A stretch of DNA of 61,936 nucleotides, the filler included, from Vermamoeba vermiformis (lineage: Eukaryota): the NCBI GenBank assembly GCA_045837725.1. It is 5 parts of 5 records of this genome, joined end to end, with 100 filler letters (N's around TTAATTAATTAA, not from the genome) between each part and the next. Parts side by side here need not be neighbours in the genome. Positions count along the whole stretch, not along the records: positions 1 to 17,002 come from JBEWZL010000189.1; positions 17,103 to 43,788 come from JBEWZL010000190.1; 3 more parts are not named here. The stretch is one strand, 5' to 3'. This document shows positions 13,011 through 24,720 of this stretch, one piece after another. Under the pieces are notes generated by a model. It saw only the letters and a program-made list of their open reading frames with translations. It did no database searches and was not told the origin of the DNA. The translations under genes were made by a program, and so were the position numbers. The first letter of the stretch is position 1. Each line of letters starts with the position of its first letter.

Positions 13011-14786
13011 TTACAATGAGCAGTCGTACAAATAAGTCAAGCTATCCATCAACTTGCATTCGTGCAATGGCTGACTAAACTTGGGCTCTGCACTAATGCA
13101 CTTCAACGTTTGCAAATTTGTTAGAGTTGAGCACTTGTTTAGTGTTCCCTCGCTTAACCGCACAGTGGCTACATTGACAAGGTGTTTTAATCGCGGTAAC
13201 GATTCTAAAACTGGAATGGCTTCGTCGTCCAGGCTGAAAAACTGCAGCGTTTCTAAATCCGTCAAATGTCGAAGAATTTGCACGTTAACTTTTGTGCCGT
13301 TTGTGTCGTAGAACTTGTTAGAGCGGCATGTTAGATATTTTAAAGTCGTCAGTTTGCTCAAAACTTCAAAGTCGTAATGGTGGTGCAGATCGTACGTTGC
13401 CTTCAGTTGTGTCAAGTTCGTTAGTTCTCCAATCAGCGTAAGCGTTGAGTTGTCAATTTTGCATAAGCCTAGTGATTCTAATTGAGATAATGATGCGAGG
13501 ATCTTGCAGTCGATCGGTTTTGGATCTGGATCTTCTACAGAAAGACTTCGAAGATTTGGACAATATTTTGCCATTGAAATATGACGTGTAGTTAAGCTAG
13601 TTATACTCGTGAATTTGAACGAAATACTCGTTGGATCTGGTTTTGTCAACAAATACTGAATTTCTCGTAAGTTCGTCAGATGTGCTATGTATTCCACTTT
13701 AGTAGGTGCAAGGACATTAATATTTGTCAATTTCGTCGAATTTACGAACTGCAAATATTGTCCTGACAGTGTCGCAAAACCTTTTTCTTCGACCGTCAAA
13801 CTTTCGAGATTTGTCAAGTATCTTAGGAAGCTGTATTCATCTTCGTTGATCAAAATAGATAAATTCAATACTTTTAAATTGGTTAATGCTGTCAACTGTT
13901 GATAATCATGGGCCAGTACTGTCAGTTTAAGTTCCATTTTTTCACGGGCATCGATGCTCAGCCAAGTTAACTTGGTGTTCACTGAAAAATCATCCAATTC
14001 GTCGCTTTCGATCGTGAGAGATTCCAAATTTGGCAATTTACTAAATGGGAATAAAACGCCGCGGCAGCCGATTGACACTTTTGACACGTTCGACATTTTC
14101 GCGACAGACTCTGCATCGAATGCCAAAACCTCTCTGTTATCGTATATGTCCAATGATCGCAGTCTCGTGGGATTTCTTAATTTGGAAATAATGTTGGTTT
14201 TGACAGATCTCTTTTTCAAGTGTTCTGGCACGAGTGCATAAACGTCTTTGATATTGATATGAGTTAAGTTTGGAAAGTGTCTCAAAATATATGGCGTGAA
14301 GCTCGCCTTATTAAACGAAAGTTTTTGCAATGCTTTTAGTGCTGTAAAGTGATCTTTGTCTTCGCTATTGATCTGCTTATCATTTGGAAAATAACGCGTT
14401 GGTTCGACTTCTAGCCTTGTTAAATTGGTCAAAGTTACTAAGGCAGTAAATCTATTATTAAGCGAGATTGTTTTCTCGAATTGTAAGCCGATTGGTTTGG
14501 TGTATCTTTGAAATGTTCGGATCAAATCTGGAAGCATTGATGGTCTTGCGAAATAAATGGTAAAATCGTCATAATTAATTATTTCGGACCAAAGAGTGCT
14601 CGTTGAACGCATCATTCGTCTCGATCTGTCGTCCAAGAAAGATGCGAGAAGATATTTTGTCTCGTTGGGCAGTACTGAAAATGTCCTATTAATGAGATAA
14701 AAATTAATAATTGTTAATTTGAATATATTGCTATTTTTGGGCCATATTTCGTGTAAACAATATTTACTCTCGAGATCGCTTACCAT
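13011..14786 (-). CDS. F-box/LRR protein
   Basis: FSVLPNETKYLLASFL F-box followed by many LxxLTNLxxL repeats. Confidence 0.8.
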   Translation of the reverse strand: MVSDLESKYCLHEIWPKNSNIFKLTIINFYLINRTFSVLPNETKYLLASFLDDRSRRMMRSTSTLWSEIINYDDFTIYFARPSMLPDLIRTFQRYTKPIGLQFEKTISLNNRFTALVTLTNLTRLEVEPTRYFPNDKQINSEDKDHFTALKALQKLSFNKASFTPYILRHFPNLTHINIKDVYALVPEHLKKRSVKTNIISKLRNPTRLRSLDIYDNREVLAFDAESVAKMSNVSKVSIGCRGVLFPFSKLPNLESLTIESDELDDFSVNTKLTWLSIDAREKMELKLTVLAHDYQQLTALTNLKVLNLSILINEDEYSFLRYLTNLESLTVEEKGFATLSGQYLQFVNSTKLTNINVLAPTKVEYIAHLTNLREIQYLLTKPDPTSISFKFTSITSLTTRHISMAKYCPNLRSLSVEDPDPKPIDCKILASLSQLESLGLCKIDNSTLTLIGELTNLTQLKATYDLHHHYDFEVLSKLTTLKYLTCRSNKFYDTNGTKVNVQILRHLTDLETLQFFSLDDEAIPVLESLPRLKHLVNVATVRLSEGTLNKCSTLTNLQTLKCISAEPKFSQPLHECKLMDSLTYLYDCSL

Positions 14787-15143
14787 TTTATTGCACCTCA
14801 GTAATATAGCTAAAATTCAAATGACATAGGCACGTATCTTCCGTCATGTAACAAGCTGTGGTTTTATTTTATCAAACATCAATACAAAAAGGTAAAACGT
14901 CAACAAAGGTCATTATTATTCTCGCGTAAATCGCAACCCATGATTCATTGGCATTCAGGTTCTAAGTGCCAAATTTGGCCTTCTCTATGACGACGTGCCA
15001 CGGAATGTCAAAGAGACTTCTAGAAATCAACAAAATTAAGCTTCTAGAATCAAAGACCATTGCTGTATTAAAGTCAAAGCAATAGAATTTGGAGTTTTTC
15101 GTAATTATTCAACAAAGGATGCGCAGCGATAGAAACAACTGAA

Positions 15144-16649
15144 ATGGAATCAAAAACGGGAGCAGATGCCAAACGCGAACAACTTATACAGGTATTAAAG
15201 CGTTACCCGAAAATATTGCATAATAATATTATAATATCGTAATTTAATATAGGATATTAATACTGCAATTGGAAAATAATTATTCGAAAATTACTAATAA
15301 CGTTCTTGAGCAGAGATTGCGTCAAGAAAGAGAAGAACGACAGTTTGGAAAAAGTAAGACACAGCAGGCCCGGGCCGGATCTTACACGGGTAGCTTGTTC
15401 AAGTTGTACAATGCCAAGAAAAACATCTACGCGATTAAAATCCAGAATTACATGTGCGAAATGATAAAGACACCACCTCCGCCTGGTGAATTAGGCAGAT
15501 TTTTTCAGCACTTTAAAGACAAGTTTTCTCTCGGACGAAATATGATCTACCCCGTAAGTCTTACTAAATTCCTTTTACCGTCTATAATGCAAGAATACAT
15601 GTATTTTCAAAATTGTACTAATATTTAATTAGTCCTTGCCAGCAATGTCTTTACTTGAATTTCAATCGCTAGCGGATCGTCAAGCCTTGATAGCGTTAAT
15701 CGACGCTCAAGATGAAAACGGGTGGGTAAGTAGACATACTAGATAATCAACAATAGTACTGAGTCCTAATTAGACTGCGTTACATTGGGCTGTGTATCAC
15801 GTCAATACCCCGTTGGTCAAAAGTTTGTTAGCGAACGGTGCGAGCACTGAAATCGAGACCTTTGTGAACGTAAGTTATATTATTCATGATGTGCTATAAT
15901 AGATATTCATTTTCTTTGTCAAGCGAGACAAGCCTATCGATAAGTCAGTAACCAGGTCGGTGGCATCGGTGTCTCAAATTCACGAGCTGTTTCGAAAGTA
16001 CAAAGAGATCAGGGCCAATAACAGTGCTCGAAATGGGACAAAGAAGGCGACCACGAAGCAAAGCACTTCGGAGATCACGGGAGATACATCGCCATTTCCT
16101 TTTTTGGACCTGCCGATCGAACTCCAAACCCTGATCCTCGAACAATTTACAATTGGAGCCTTGTTGCGGGTTCGATGTGTTTGCAAATATTTGCAGACAC
16201 TGTACATCTCAAATAAGCACGTGATAGATTTGCCTGAAATGGGAATTTTCCAGTTTGTCGATCCGCCCGTAGATACTACTTGGCACCGAAAAAATTCACC
16301 GCAGTGTCAGTTGACAGTAATGGCGACACCAACAGTATTTCATTTTGGACTGATTTTCGGCAAACATTACAAAGTACCAACAGTGACAGGCATTGACACC
16401 TTCATTTATGAACTGACCGAAAGAATTGAAAGATTTGCAACGGAAGATAAAAAGTTCAAATATGACATTAACAAGATGAAAGAGTTCTTGTTGACTAGCT
16501 GGCTAAATAATCAGCGATTTTATATTATTGAAGCAAATAATTATGCAGGTCTGCACGTTGTCTACGTCGAGTTGGATTCGAGCTTTGGTGTCGGAATTGA
16601 ATTCAAATCACCTTACGATCCACCACCACCCAATGATGATGATTGGTAG
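15144..16649 (+). CDS. Ankyrin-repeat plus F-box protein, multi-exon
   Basis: Spliced DAQDENGW/TALHWAVYH...LLANGA ankyrin repeat; FLDLPIELQTLILEQF...RVRCVCK F-box. Confidence 0.75.
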
Positions 16650-17002
16650 TTCAAACATGAGTGTAGTTATTAGGCTAATAAATTTTCCTTACACTTTCGC
16701 TGCTTTAGAAAGTTGAAGCGACTTTTCACAAATTTTCCGCCTTTTTGACCAGCCAGGATTCATTTGTGTTATTTTATTGTCTTAAATTTGCTCGCACCAA
16801 TAACGTGCGTATAAGTTGTAATTAAGCCGAGACAGATTACTACTAAGAATGGAAGAGGATCGCAAAGGAAGACAGTCACCAGATGAGGTACTAATTCCAT
16901 TGATTAATCGCCGTAATTATATAATATTTATTGAGTCTACATATTCACTTAAATCGATATTGTGGTTAAAAATAAAAAAATTATGATTCTTTTTATTTTT
17001 TA

Positions 17003-17102
17003 NNNNNNNNNNNNNNNNNNNNNNNNNNNNNNNNNNNNNNNNNNNNTTAATTAATTAANNNNNNNNNNNNNNNNNNNNNNNNNNNNNNNNNNNNNNNNNN
17101 NN
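17003..17102. other. Artificial contig linker
   Basis: 100 nt of N with a central TTAATTAATTAA six-frame stop. Confidence 0.98.
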
Positions 17103-17209
17103 TATATAGCCTTTTAGGGCTTAGGGGTCTTAGGGCAAATAAAAAAAAAATGGTTAGCCTAAATTTTGCTTTATTTTTGCAGCTACAACCCAGCTGCTAG
17201 GTATAATGG

Positions 17210-17841
17210 ACTGAGAGCGTGACCAGCAGGTCACAGGGGGATGAGAGCGTGACCACCATAGACAGAAGCGTGACCAGCAGGTCACAGGGACCGAGAGCGT
17301 GACCAGCAGGTCACAGAGGGCCGAGAGTGTGACCAGCAGGTCACAGGGACTGAGAGCGTGACCAGCAGGTCACAGGGGCTGAGAGCGTGACCAACGGGTC
17401 ACAGAGGGCCGAGAGTGTGACCACCATAGACAGAAGCGTGACCAGCTGGTCATAGGGGGATGAGAGCGTGACCGCCATAGACAGAAGCGTGACCAGCAGG
17501 TCACAGGGGGATGAGAGCGTGACCACCATAGACAGAAGCGTGACCAGCAGGTCACAGGGACCGAGAGCGTAACCAGCAGGTCACAGAGGGCCGAGAGTGT
17601 GACCAGCTGGTCACAGGGACTGAGAGCGTGACCAGCAGGTCACAGGGACTGAGAGCGTGACCAGCAGGTCACAGGGGCTGAGAGCGTGACCAACGGGTCA
17701 CAGAGGGCCGAGAGTGTGACCACCATAGACAGAAGCGTGACCAGCAGGTCATAGGGGGATGAGAGCGTGACCGCCATAGACAGAAGCGTGACCAGCTGGT
17801 CACAGGGGCAGAGACAGAGGCGTGACTAGCAAGTCACAGGA
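17210..17841. repeat. GC-rich minisatellite of 21-30-nt units with palindromic core GTGACC-N4-GGTCAC and a ~270-300-bp higher-order period
   Basis: About 20 units of gagagcgtgaccagcaggtcacaggg, interleaved with gtgaccaccatagacagaagc. The block starting at 17243 recurs at 17513. Confidence 0.95.
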
Positions 17842-17860
17842 CTGTCGCCGGTCAACTCTA

Positions 17861-19601
17861 TCAGCAAAGCTTCATTTGGTCAGCGTGACGCTCAGCCATT
17901 CGACGGAATTTCTTGTTGAACTTGCGCTTTTTGCGAAGAACGGCAGACTCGGTCTTGGCATCTTGGTTGTCCCCAATCGGATTTAACCTATTTACCGTTA
18001 ATATTGCTCTACCGTGAAAATATTTTTCGACAACGTACCTCTTAAAGGCTGCATCCAGCGAGACAAATAGTACTGACTTTGGCACCGTAGTTACGGGGTC
18101 TGTTCCTGATAGCAAGCGTCGTTTCTTAGAGGGGTTTGCTATTTCGTCTTCGGCCTTCCTCTTGCCACCCATGAGGTTTGGCTGCAATACTGTAAGTCAC
18201 GGCACATCTTTTGTTCGCTGATAACTTACTACACTGAGCCACTCTTGCACTGGATTAAAACAATTTGGATCTGGTAACAAGTTTGGCTGTGTCGATTTCC
18301 AGTTGCTTGGAAGTGTATCGTTGACCCAAGGACACGTTGTATAACAAAGGCAGGGTTTAGTTCTGGCTAGCATACCAGCAACTTGCACCGGCTCAACACG
18401 GAAGCAGTGCACAGCCACGCCACGGTACGAGTCCCTTCGATGTACAAATAACAAGGCCTCTTTGAAGTCTTTCCAAGATGAGTCCATGAAGCGTTCGTAG
18501 TTGATGTCGTTGCCAATGAAATCAATCATTTGGGTCAACAGGGTAGTGCATACTTGCAGCAAGACTTTGCGATTCTTCGGTTCGGACAAGAATCGGAAGC
18601 TGTTAGCCCACGGCACCACTTCTACAAAATGCGGATTAATACTAATCCTAGTTGCTAATGTATTCGACGGCACCGGTGGCAAATGATTTGAAAGTCATTG
18701 TCACAGCCGGGCGGATCACTCAAACTAGAATTTGAAGTCTAGCTGGCGCGTCCGTCTTTGCCATGCACGATGAATTTTAAAGTTCAACGCGCACAACTAT
18801 AGGCCAACCAAGATCGATTGAAAGGTCGATCAGAGGCGAGATCGATTGACAGGTCGATCGAAAAATCAAGATCGATTTTAAAGTCGATCAGAATCAGAAT
18901 TTTAAAGTTCTGACGTGGAGGTTTAAAAGTCTCCTTCATCGTGCATAGTGAATTTTAAAGTTCACTTTGTTGGTACTTACTGAAGTGGTAATACAAACGT
19001 TGCAATACTTCGTTGACAACGCTTAAGCCAAAGCCATTGAACAGTGATTGGTTTAGCAGTGCTTCGAACAATGTACATTTCTGGAAGTATTCAGGAGTTG
19101 CGCACAGTCGCACCTCGAGGTTTGCCACAAAGGCACTCCTCTCGCTCAGTAGATCAGGACCCCACATCGGTTCCCAGGCAAGTTGTTTGCAGAACTGGAT
19201 CGCGGGTGGTCTGCTGTCCAAATAAGCAAACACAATGTCGCTATTATGAACGTGCAAGGCCCAGTATCTGTTCAATTTGCTGGATGTTGCATCTAACAGA
19301 GACGATTGCACCGTTTGAACAAATAGACCGCAGTAGGAAAGACGTATTTTCAAACAGTAGCCCCCGTCGAAAATTAGCGCCGCTTCTTTGCCTCGAGACC
19401 GTACCTATTTAATTAAATTAAATCAGTGATTATGCAGTGTAAAAATAATCGACTTATGCTTAGTAAACGCGCAGGTGCGAGCTTGTTAAATTCATCCAGC
19501 GCTGCACTGGCAAAATTCGTTGAAATTGAAGCGAAGGTATTGCCTACGAGGTTGCCATTGGCCCATTTCTCGAATAATTTGTAGATTAAAATTTCTGGCA
19601 T
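17861..19601 (-). pseudogene. NEIL1-like Fpg/Nei DNA glycosylase, copy 1, probably decaying
   Basis: MPE start, spliced VRSRGKEAALIF, WEPMWGPDLLSE and H2TH LFEALLNQSLFNGFG..VVNEVLQRL. The first intron donor reads ATAAGT, and no in-frame acceptor is visible after the repeat inserted in intron 2. Confidence 0.75.
18719..18945 (+). repeat. 227-bp inverted repeat, left copy (intronic, MITE-like, GATCGA-rich)
   Basis: Reverse complement of 20326-20552 with about four mismatches by eye. Internal 11-bp IR TGCACGATGAA/TTCATCGTGCA. Confidence 0.95.
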
Positions 19602-19966
19602 CTTAAAAAAAAAGGTTAGTTATTTATTTTAAGGTAATAATATAAAATGAGTTGTTTTTAATTTAAATAAAAATGTTCCGTACCCTGAATGGGCTCAGTT
19701 CGATCTAATCCGAAGATGAAGGCGTCATGACGTACTTAGCTAGTACTCCACGTTGAAAGGTGGTGTAAGTCACTTTTGTAAGAGTGACGACTCGTGTGGT
19801 GGTCACTTTTGTAAGAGTGACGAAAATAAAATTTGAATCGCGCGGGATTTTGTTTTTGAAATTTCCAGAACTAGCCAATCAGAGAGCGCCGAAACACCAA
19901 AATTTTTTTTGTTCTTAGTGCGAGCACTTACCACCTAACCTGAGCTGATTAACACACGGCTACCTC

Positions 19967-22900
19967 ATGCAAGCACGAAGACGATCTGGGCAAAAGCCTA
20001 CCGCGGTTGTGTAAGTTTTAATATTTAATTTTAATTTACGCGCAAACGCGTCATTATTATGTATTGTATACGTATTCTTATTAATAATTATTGGAATATT
20101 TCAATTATTAAAAGCAAGGATGGAATTTACAAGGATGATCGAAAATTATTAATTTATTTTCAAACCAAATTTCGAAGGGCTTATTATTAATTAAACCCCT
20201 CTTTGTTAGGAAATATTAACGGGCATATTTTTCCGGGGAAACTTTACAATTTCCTCGCGAAAAAATGTCCTAATCTGGAACGGATTTTATTCGAGTGCAC
20301 CAGCGAACTTTCCCATTCGTGTTAGTGCACGGTGAAGGAGACTTTTAAATCTCCACGTCAGAACTTTAAAATTCTGATTCTGATCGACTTTAAAATCGAT
20401 CTTGATTTTTTGATCGACCTGTCAATCGATCTCGCCTCTGATCGACCTTTCAATCGATCTTGGTTGGCCTATAGTTGTGCGCGTTGAACTTTAAAATTCA
20501 TCGTGCATGGCAAAGACGGACGCTCCAGCTAGACTTCAAATTCTAGTTTGAGCTGGACTTTAACATCCAGCGTGAGCAATTTATTAAGAGCTGAACGCTC
20601 AGTTTGCACTTGCCTCAAAGACTTACCAATCTTGGGCAAGCGTTAAAATCCGGTGCACTTTTGAAATGTCAAATGTGGATCAAGTGCACGTGCACTTGAC
20701 GGATCTTTTCCGTAAAATTAAGCCGTTGTGGCTTTTTGTATTCACATCCTTGACTTAATTACAAATTCGATCTTTCAATATCGAAATAGATGATTTTAAA
20801 CTCATCTATCCCGCAGACAACAAGATAAGAAGCTGATTGTAGCTACTTTCGCGGACATTTTCATCGTTGGGTACTCTCGGCCACCACCTGGTGGTTCCAA
20901 AGACAAATTCGTTGACGCTGTTATGCGCAGAATTAATTCGTACCCAATCAAATCCTCAAAGCACAACTTATTTTTGTTGTTGCTAGTGATGTTCGAGTAT
21001 CACGAGCTGCTGGAAAATGTCACAGATCCGCTTACTTTTCCGGTGAGTGATATTTAAATGCCGTATTAAGCAAGGCTAATCTTTATGAAACTAGGAATGG
21101 TTCAAGAAATACGGTGACGCATTTACGCACAAAACTGGTCATAAAAACACGGATCCCGGTTGGCGTTGCTTGCTTGAAACGCTTCGACAATTACCAGAGA
21201 ACTTACCCAAGTTATTAGAATTGATTCGAACGGAGGTTAGTATTATTTGGCTATGTTTGGCTATACGGACGCATTAATTACTTTCTCTTGCAGTTGATGC
21301 GTCTAAAACCCAAAGCAGCAAGCAGAGACCTTGAGCACCGCGTTTACCACAAATTGATCATTGCCCTTCGATATCAATGGTACTGCTTGCTTCCGTCTAA
21401 CTTCGACGCGTTTTGGAAGGCAACGCTTCGACATCAGGAGCACGTCGACTATACTGCGATCCCGTTTACGCTTCCTCCAGGAATTGCAGTAGACCCATCG
21501 CTAATCGCAGCAATGAATAGCGTGGTTCAAGCACCCACTGTACGCGGTACGTTGGAGGAATTCGCATTTGTTTTCATACCTAACTGTTCGCAGAGGGACC
21601 GGACCCATTCCGTGCACAGCGTGTAGCCCATCGGTTTATCAGTCAATTTAATATTGGAAAGGAGCCAATAGTAATTACGGCCGAGGTTGTTAACTTATGG
21701 AAGAGACGGTTGGATGAATCTACTCAAGCTACTTCAAACAACAACAACAACAACGTGCAGTCTTTCTTTCGCCAATCATAATACCCTTGCCAATGGTGGC
21801 TTGGAGCTGCTTGCGGAGAGTGGCCCATCAGATTTTCAAATTCCATCGGTCCGAGTCAACCTTGGCTCTGCGGATGTTTCGTTGATCAGCCAGCCTGGTA
21901 GCCCAGACCAGTGGCGTGGGGATGTACCTAATTCTCCAGACTTTCTGCAATCTCTTGACGACGTATCATTTCCGGAGTTCGAGGGATATTTTGCCGGCAG
22001 TCAGTCCCGAAAGCGCCCTTTGCTTGCAGTAAGTCCGCATTAATTGATCAGATCTCGAGCAAAATACTCACCGCTTGTAGCCTGAAGGACAAGGGCCTTC
22101 TGCTAAAAGACAAAAGATTATTGGCCGACCCAATGACGAGATGGAAACGGACAATTTGCAGCCGGTGGGTCAAAGGAGCACTGAACAGGCGTTCGAAGCT
22201 TCAACGCTTGTTACTGCAACAAACTCCTCAACACCGACAAGCAATGTGGACCCGACGAGCGCCGGTGCAAGTTCGAACACCAACACCAACAATGGTCGTA
22301 CTGCTGGCAATGACGCTAGAGCTATTACTGACCACAGAAGTCATCGCGATAGCAACAGTCGCAGTGACAGCAATAGTAGTAGCCGCAGTCGCAGTCGCGG
22401 CCCCAACAGTCGCGGCCCCAACAGTCACAACCGCAGTCGCAGCCGCAGCTACAGCAACAGTAGTAGTGGCAGCAATAGCAGCAGCAATAGCAGCAGCAGT
22501 AGTAGCAGCAGTAGCAGCAGCAGCCGCAGCAGCAGCCGCAGCTACAGCAGTAGCAGTAGCAGTAGCAGCAGCAGCAATGCTAGCAAGAAAAGCAGCCGCA
22601 GTGGAAGTAGCAAGAAGAGCAGTGGTGATAATCACGCTAACCTCGACTCGTCAACATCACTTGGTAACATGCTTGAAGACAACGCCAAAGATACTACCAA
22701 CACTCCATTGCCCTCAGTGTCGTCTACTAGTGCTGAGGACATCAGCAATCTTCCGTCTGCAACTACAATGCCAGAGACCAACCACGCAACAACTGGCCTA
22801 GTTAGTGCCCCGGGTTTTGCTGTTTCAAGTCCCGTAGCAATTGAACTAGATCATAATGACAGCGCTAGCCTTCAGCCGGTTCCAGAAACGTTTGTTCCCA

Positions 22901-23541
22901 CGCTTGAGAGTGGCATTAACCCTGCGGCAAAGGATCTAACCTGCATCAGTGCTGCAGCTTCGAATGAACGTGTTGAGTTTGGCTCTTCACAAATGCGACC
23001 TGCTGAAAGCGAGAGTGCTCCCAGCCTTCAGCTTGCTACTGTGCTTGACCACCAACCCTCTGCCAATTCTTCTACTTGCCTCACCGCTGATGTGGAAATG
23101 CGTCTAGCATCAAGCCCGGTGTTACAAACAACTTCCGAGTGCGAGAGATCAGAGCCGAGCGGTGTAGACCAGCCTAAAGTTGATGCTCCTGTTGTCAATG
23201 CACCTTCAACACCGGCAACTTCCGAAAAAAGATCAGAGCCGAGTGCTGTAAACATTGATGCTCCTGGCACGGTGTTTGGGCTGTACGATCTATGGCAATA
23301 CATCTTTTCGTTTGTGGATCTGCGTCAGAGGCACAGCAACTTAGACATCTTTGCTGTTAGTCGGACTTGGTTATCCTACGCGATAAACTTCTTTGGCAAA
23401 AACAAACAGAGACAACTAAGTGGAGCTTGGACACGCTACATTGGCTTGCTTCGATTGCCTTCGTTATCTCTATCACTTCAATTTGATGGACAACCGCTGT
23501 ATTTCGATGCCCCACTCGTCGTCACTCGACGAACGGGTTAG
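19967..23541 (+). CDS. Cassette partner protein copy 1: unrecognised helical N-domain, Ser-rich linker and F-box; 3'-truncated at a TTAGGG tract
   Basis: Spliced FPEWFKKY...RVYHKLIIALRYQWYCL..SNFDA, a poly-Ser (AGY)n tract and F-box-like LYDLWQYIFSFV...AVSRTW. Confidence 0.7.
20326..20552 (-). repeat. 227-bp inverted repeat, right copy (intronic)
   Basis: Reverse complement of 18719-18945. Confidence 0.95.
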
Positions 23542-23551
23542 GGTTAGGGTT
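23535..23551 (+). repeat. Interstitial telomeric repeat GGGTTAGGGTTAGGGTT
   Basis: Directly visible; it supplies the stop codon of the ORF ending at 23541. Confidence 0.8.
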
Positions 23552-24109
23552 GTGAGTATCGCCATGCGCATTTTAAACCTTAAAAACTAACCCCAGTCTC
23601 CCGCTTTGACTTGTAGTAAATTTGTACTGGTTTTTGCTAATAATGCGCATAATTCGGATTAAAACAACATTTATTTAAACAATTTACAATACAATGCGCT
23701 CATTTTGCAATTTGCATTGCCATTTATCAATGACAATCTGCATGAACAATGCGCATTAGCTACTGGTTATTTCGAAATTTCATAGCTCGTTTGTATTTAA
23801 TGGAAATTAATACTAACAATCCGCATGCCAATAGGCACGAACAACTTCGCACTAGATGCAGTGCGGTTAGTTTTTATGAAATTTCACTGCTCGTTCTAAT
23901 TAATATGAATTCAGATTGAAAATTCGAATTAATTCGCATGAGTTAATGCGAATGAATAATTTATTTTGCTTACCATGCGAATTGATTGTTGACCATGCGA
24001 AACTTGTTTGAATCTAGCGCATAAAAAATTAGTGAATAACGAGGTACGATGCGAATGATTAAGCTGAAAATACAAGAATTTGCGTGGTTAGTTATTGTGC
24101 TTACCGTAA

Positions 24110-24720
24110 ACTAACCTATCATTCTGATCATTCGAATTGCAGAATTTGAATCTTGCATGCAAATCGAATGAGTGAAGTTAGTTCCGTGATTACTGCTAAA
24201 CTAACCTGTAATTCGAATGAATGAGTATAGTTAATTTAAATATCAAGGCACTAACCAATCATTCTGCTCTCGCTCGAATAGTAAGAATTGCCTCAGCGGT
24301 AATTCGAATGCCTGCACTTAGTTTCGTAACTACCAATAAACTAACCTGCAATTCGCATGAATTAGTTTAGTTAATTTCAAATACAAGGCACTAACCGATC
24401 ATTCTGGCCATTCGGATGGTAAGAATTGGTCTTGCCGGTAATTCGAATGACTGGAGTTAGTTCCATGATTACCGCTAAACTAACCTGTAATTCGAATGAG
24501 TGCGTTAAGTTAATTTAATTATAATGCACTAACCAATATTTTTGCTCGTTCGCATGGAAAGAACTTGCCTCGTTGGTAATTCGAATGACTGGAGTCAGTT
24601 TCATGATTACTAATAAACTAGCCTACAATTCGCATGAATTAGTTTAGTTAATTTTAAACGTAAGTCACTAACCAATCGTGATACGAATTGAATTAATGTA
24701 CAGCATTCAATCCGGGCAAT
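24110..24720. repeat. Diverged ~139-bp tandem repeat, at least 4 copies
   Basis: An ACTAACC..T anchor recurs at about 24110, 24250, 24390, 24528 and 24667, with shared AATTCGAATG motifs. Confidence 0.85.

Noticed and set aside
16849-17002. Possible first exon MEEDRKGRQSPDE followed by a GT donor
   Set aside because: It is truncated by the contig end and too short to call.
17003-17102. TTAATTAATTAA motif within N runs (four times) as a biological repeat
   Set aside because: It is an assembly concatenation linker; no linkage was inferred across it.
17210-17841. CRISPR-like array of palindromic repeats
   Set aside because: Intervening sequences are short and repetitive rather than unique spacers; there are no cas genes and the context is eukaryotic.
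22121-22801. Poly-Ala/Val ORFs on both strands
   Set aside because: They are alternative-frame shadows of the (AGY)n poly-Ser tract in the real frame.
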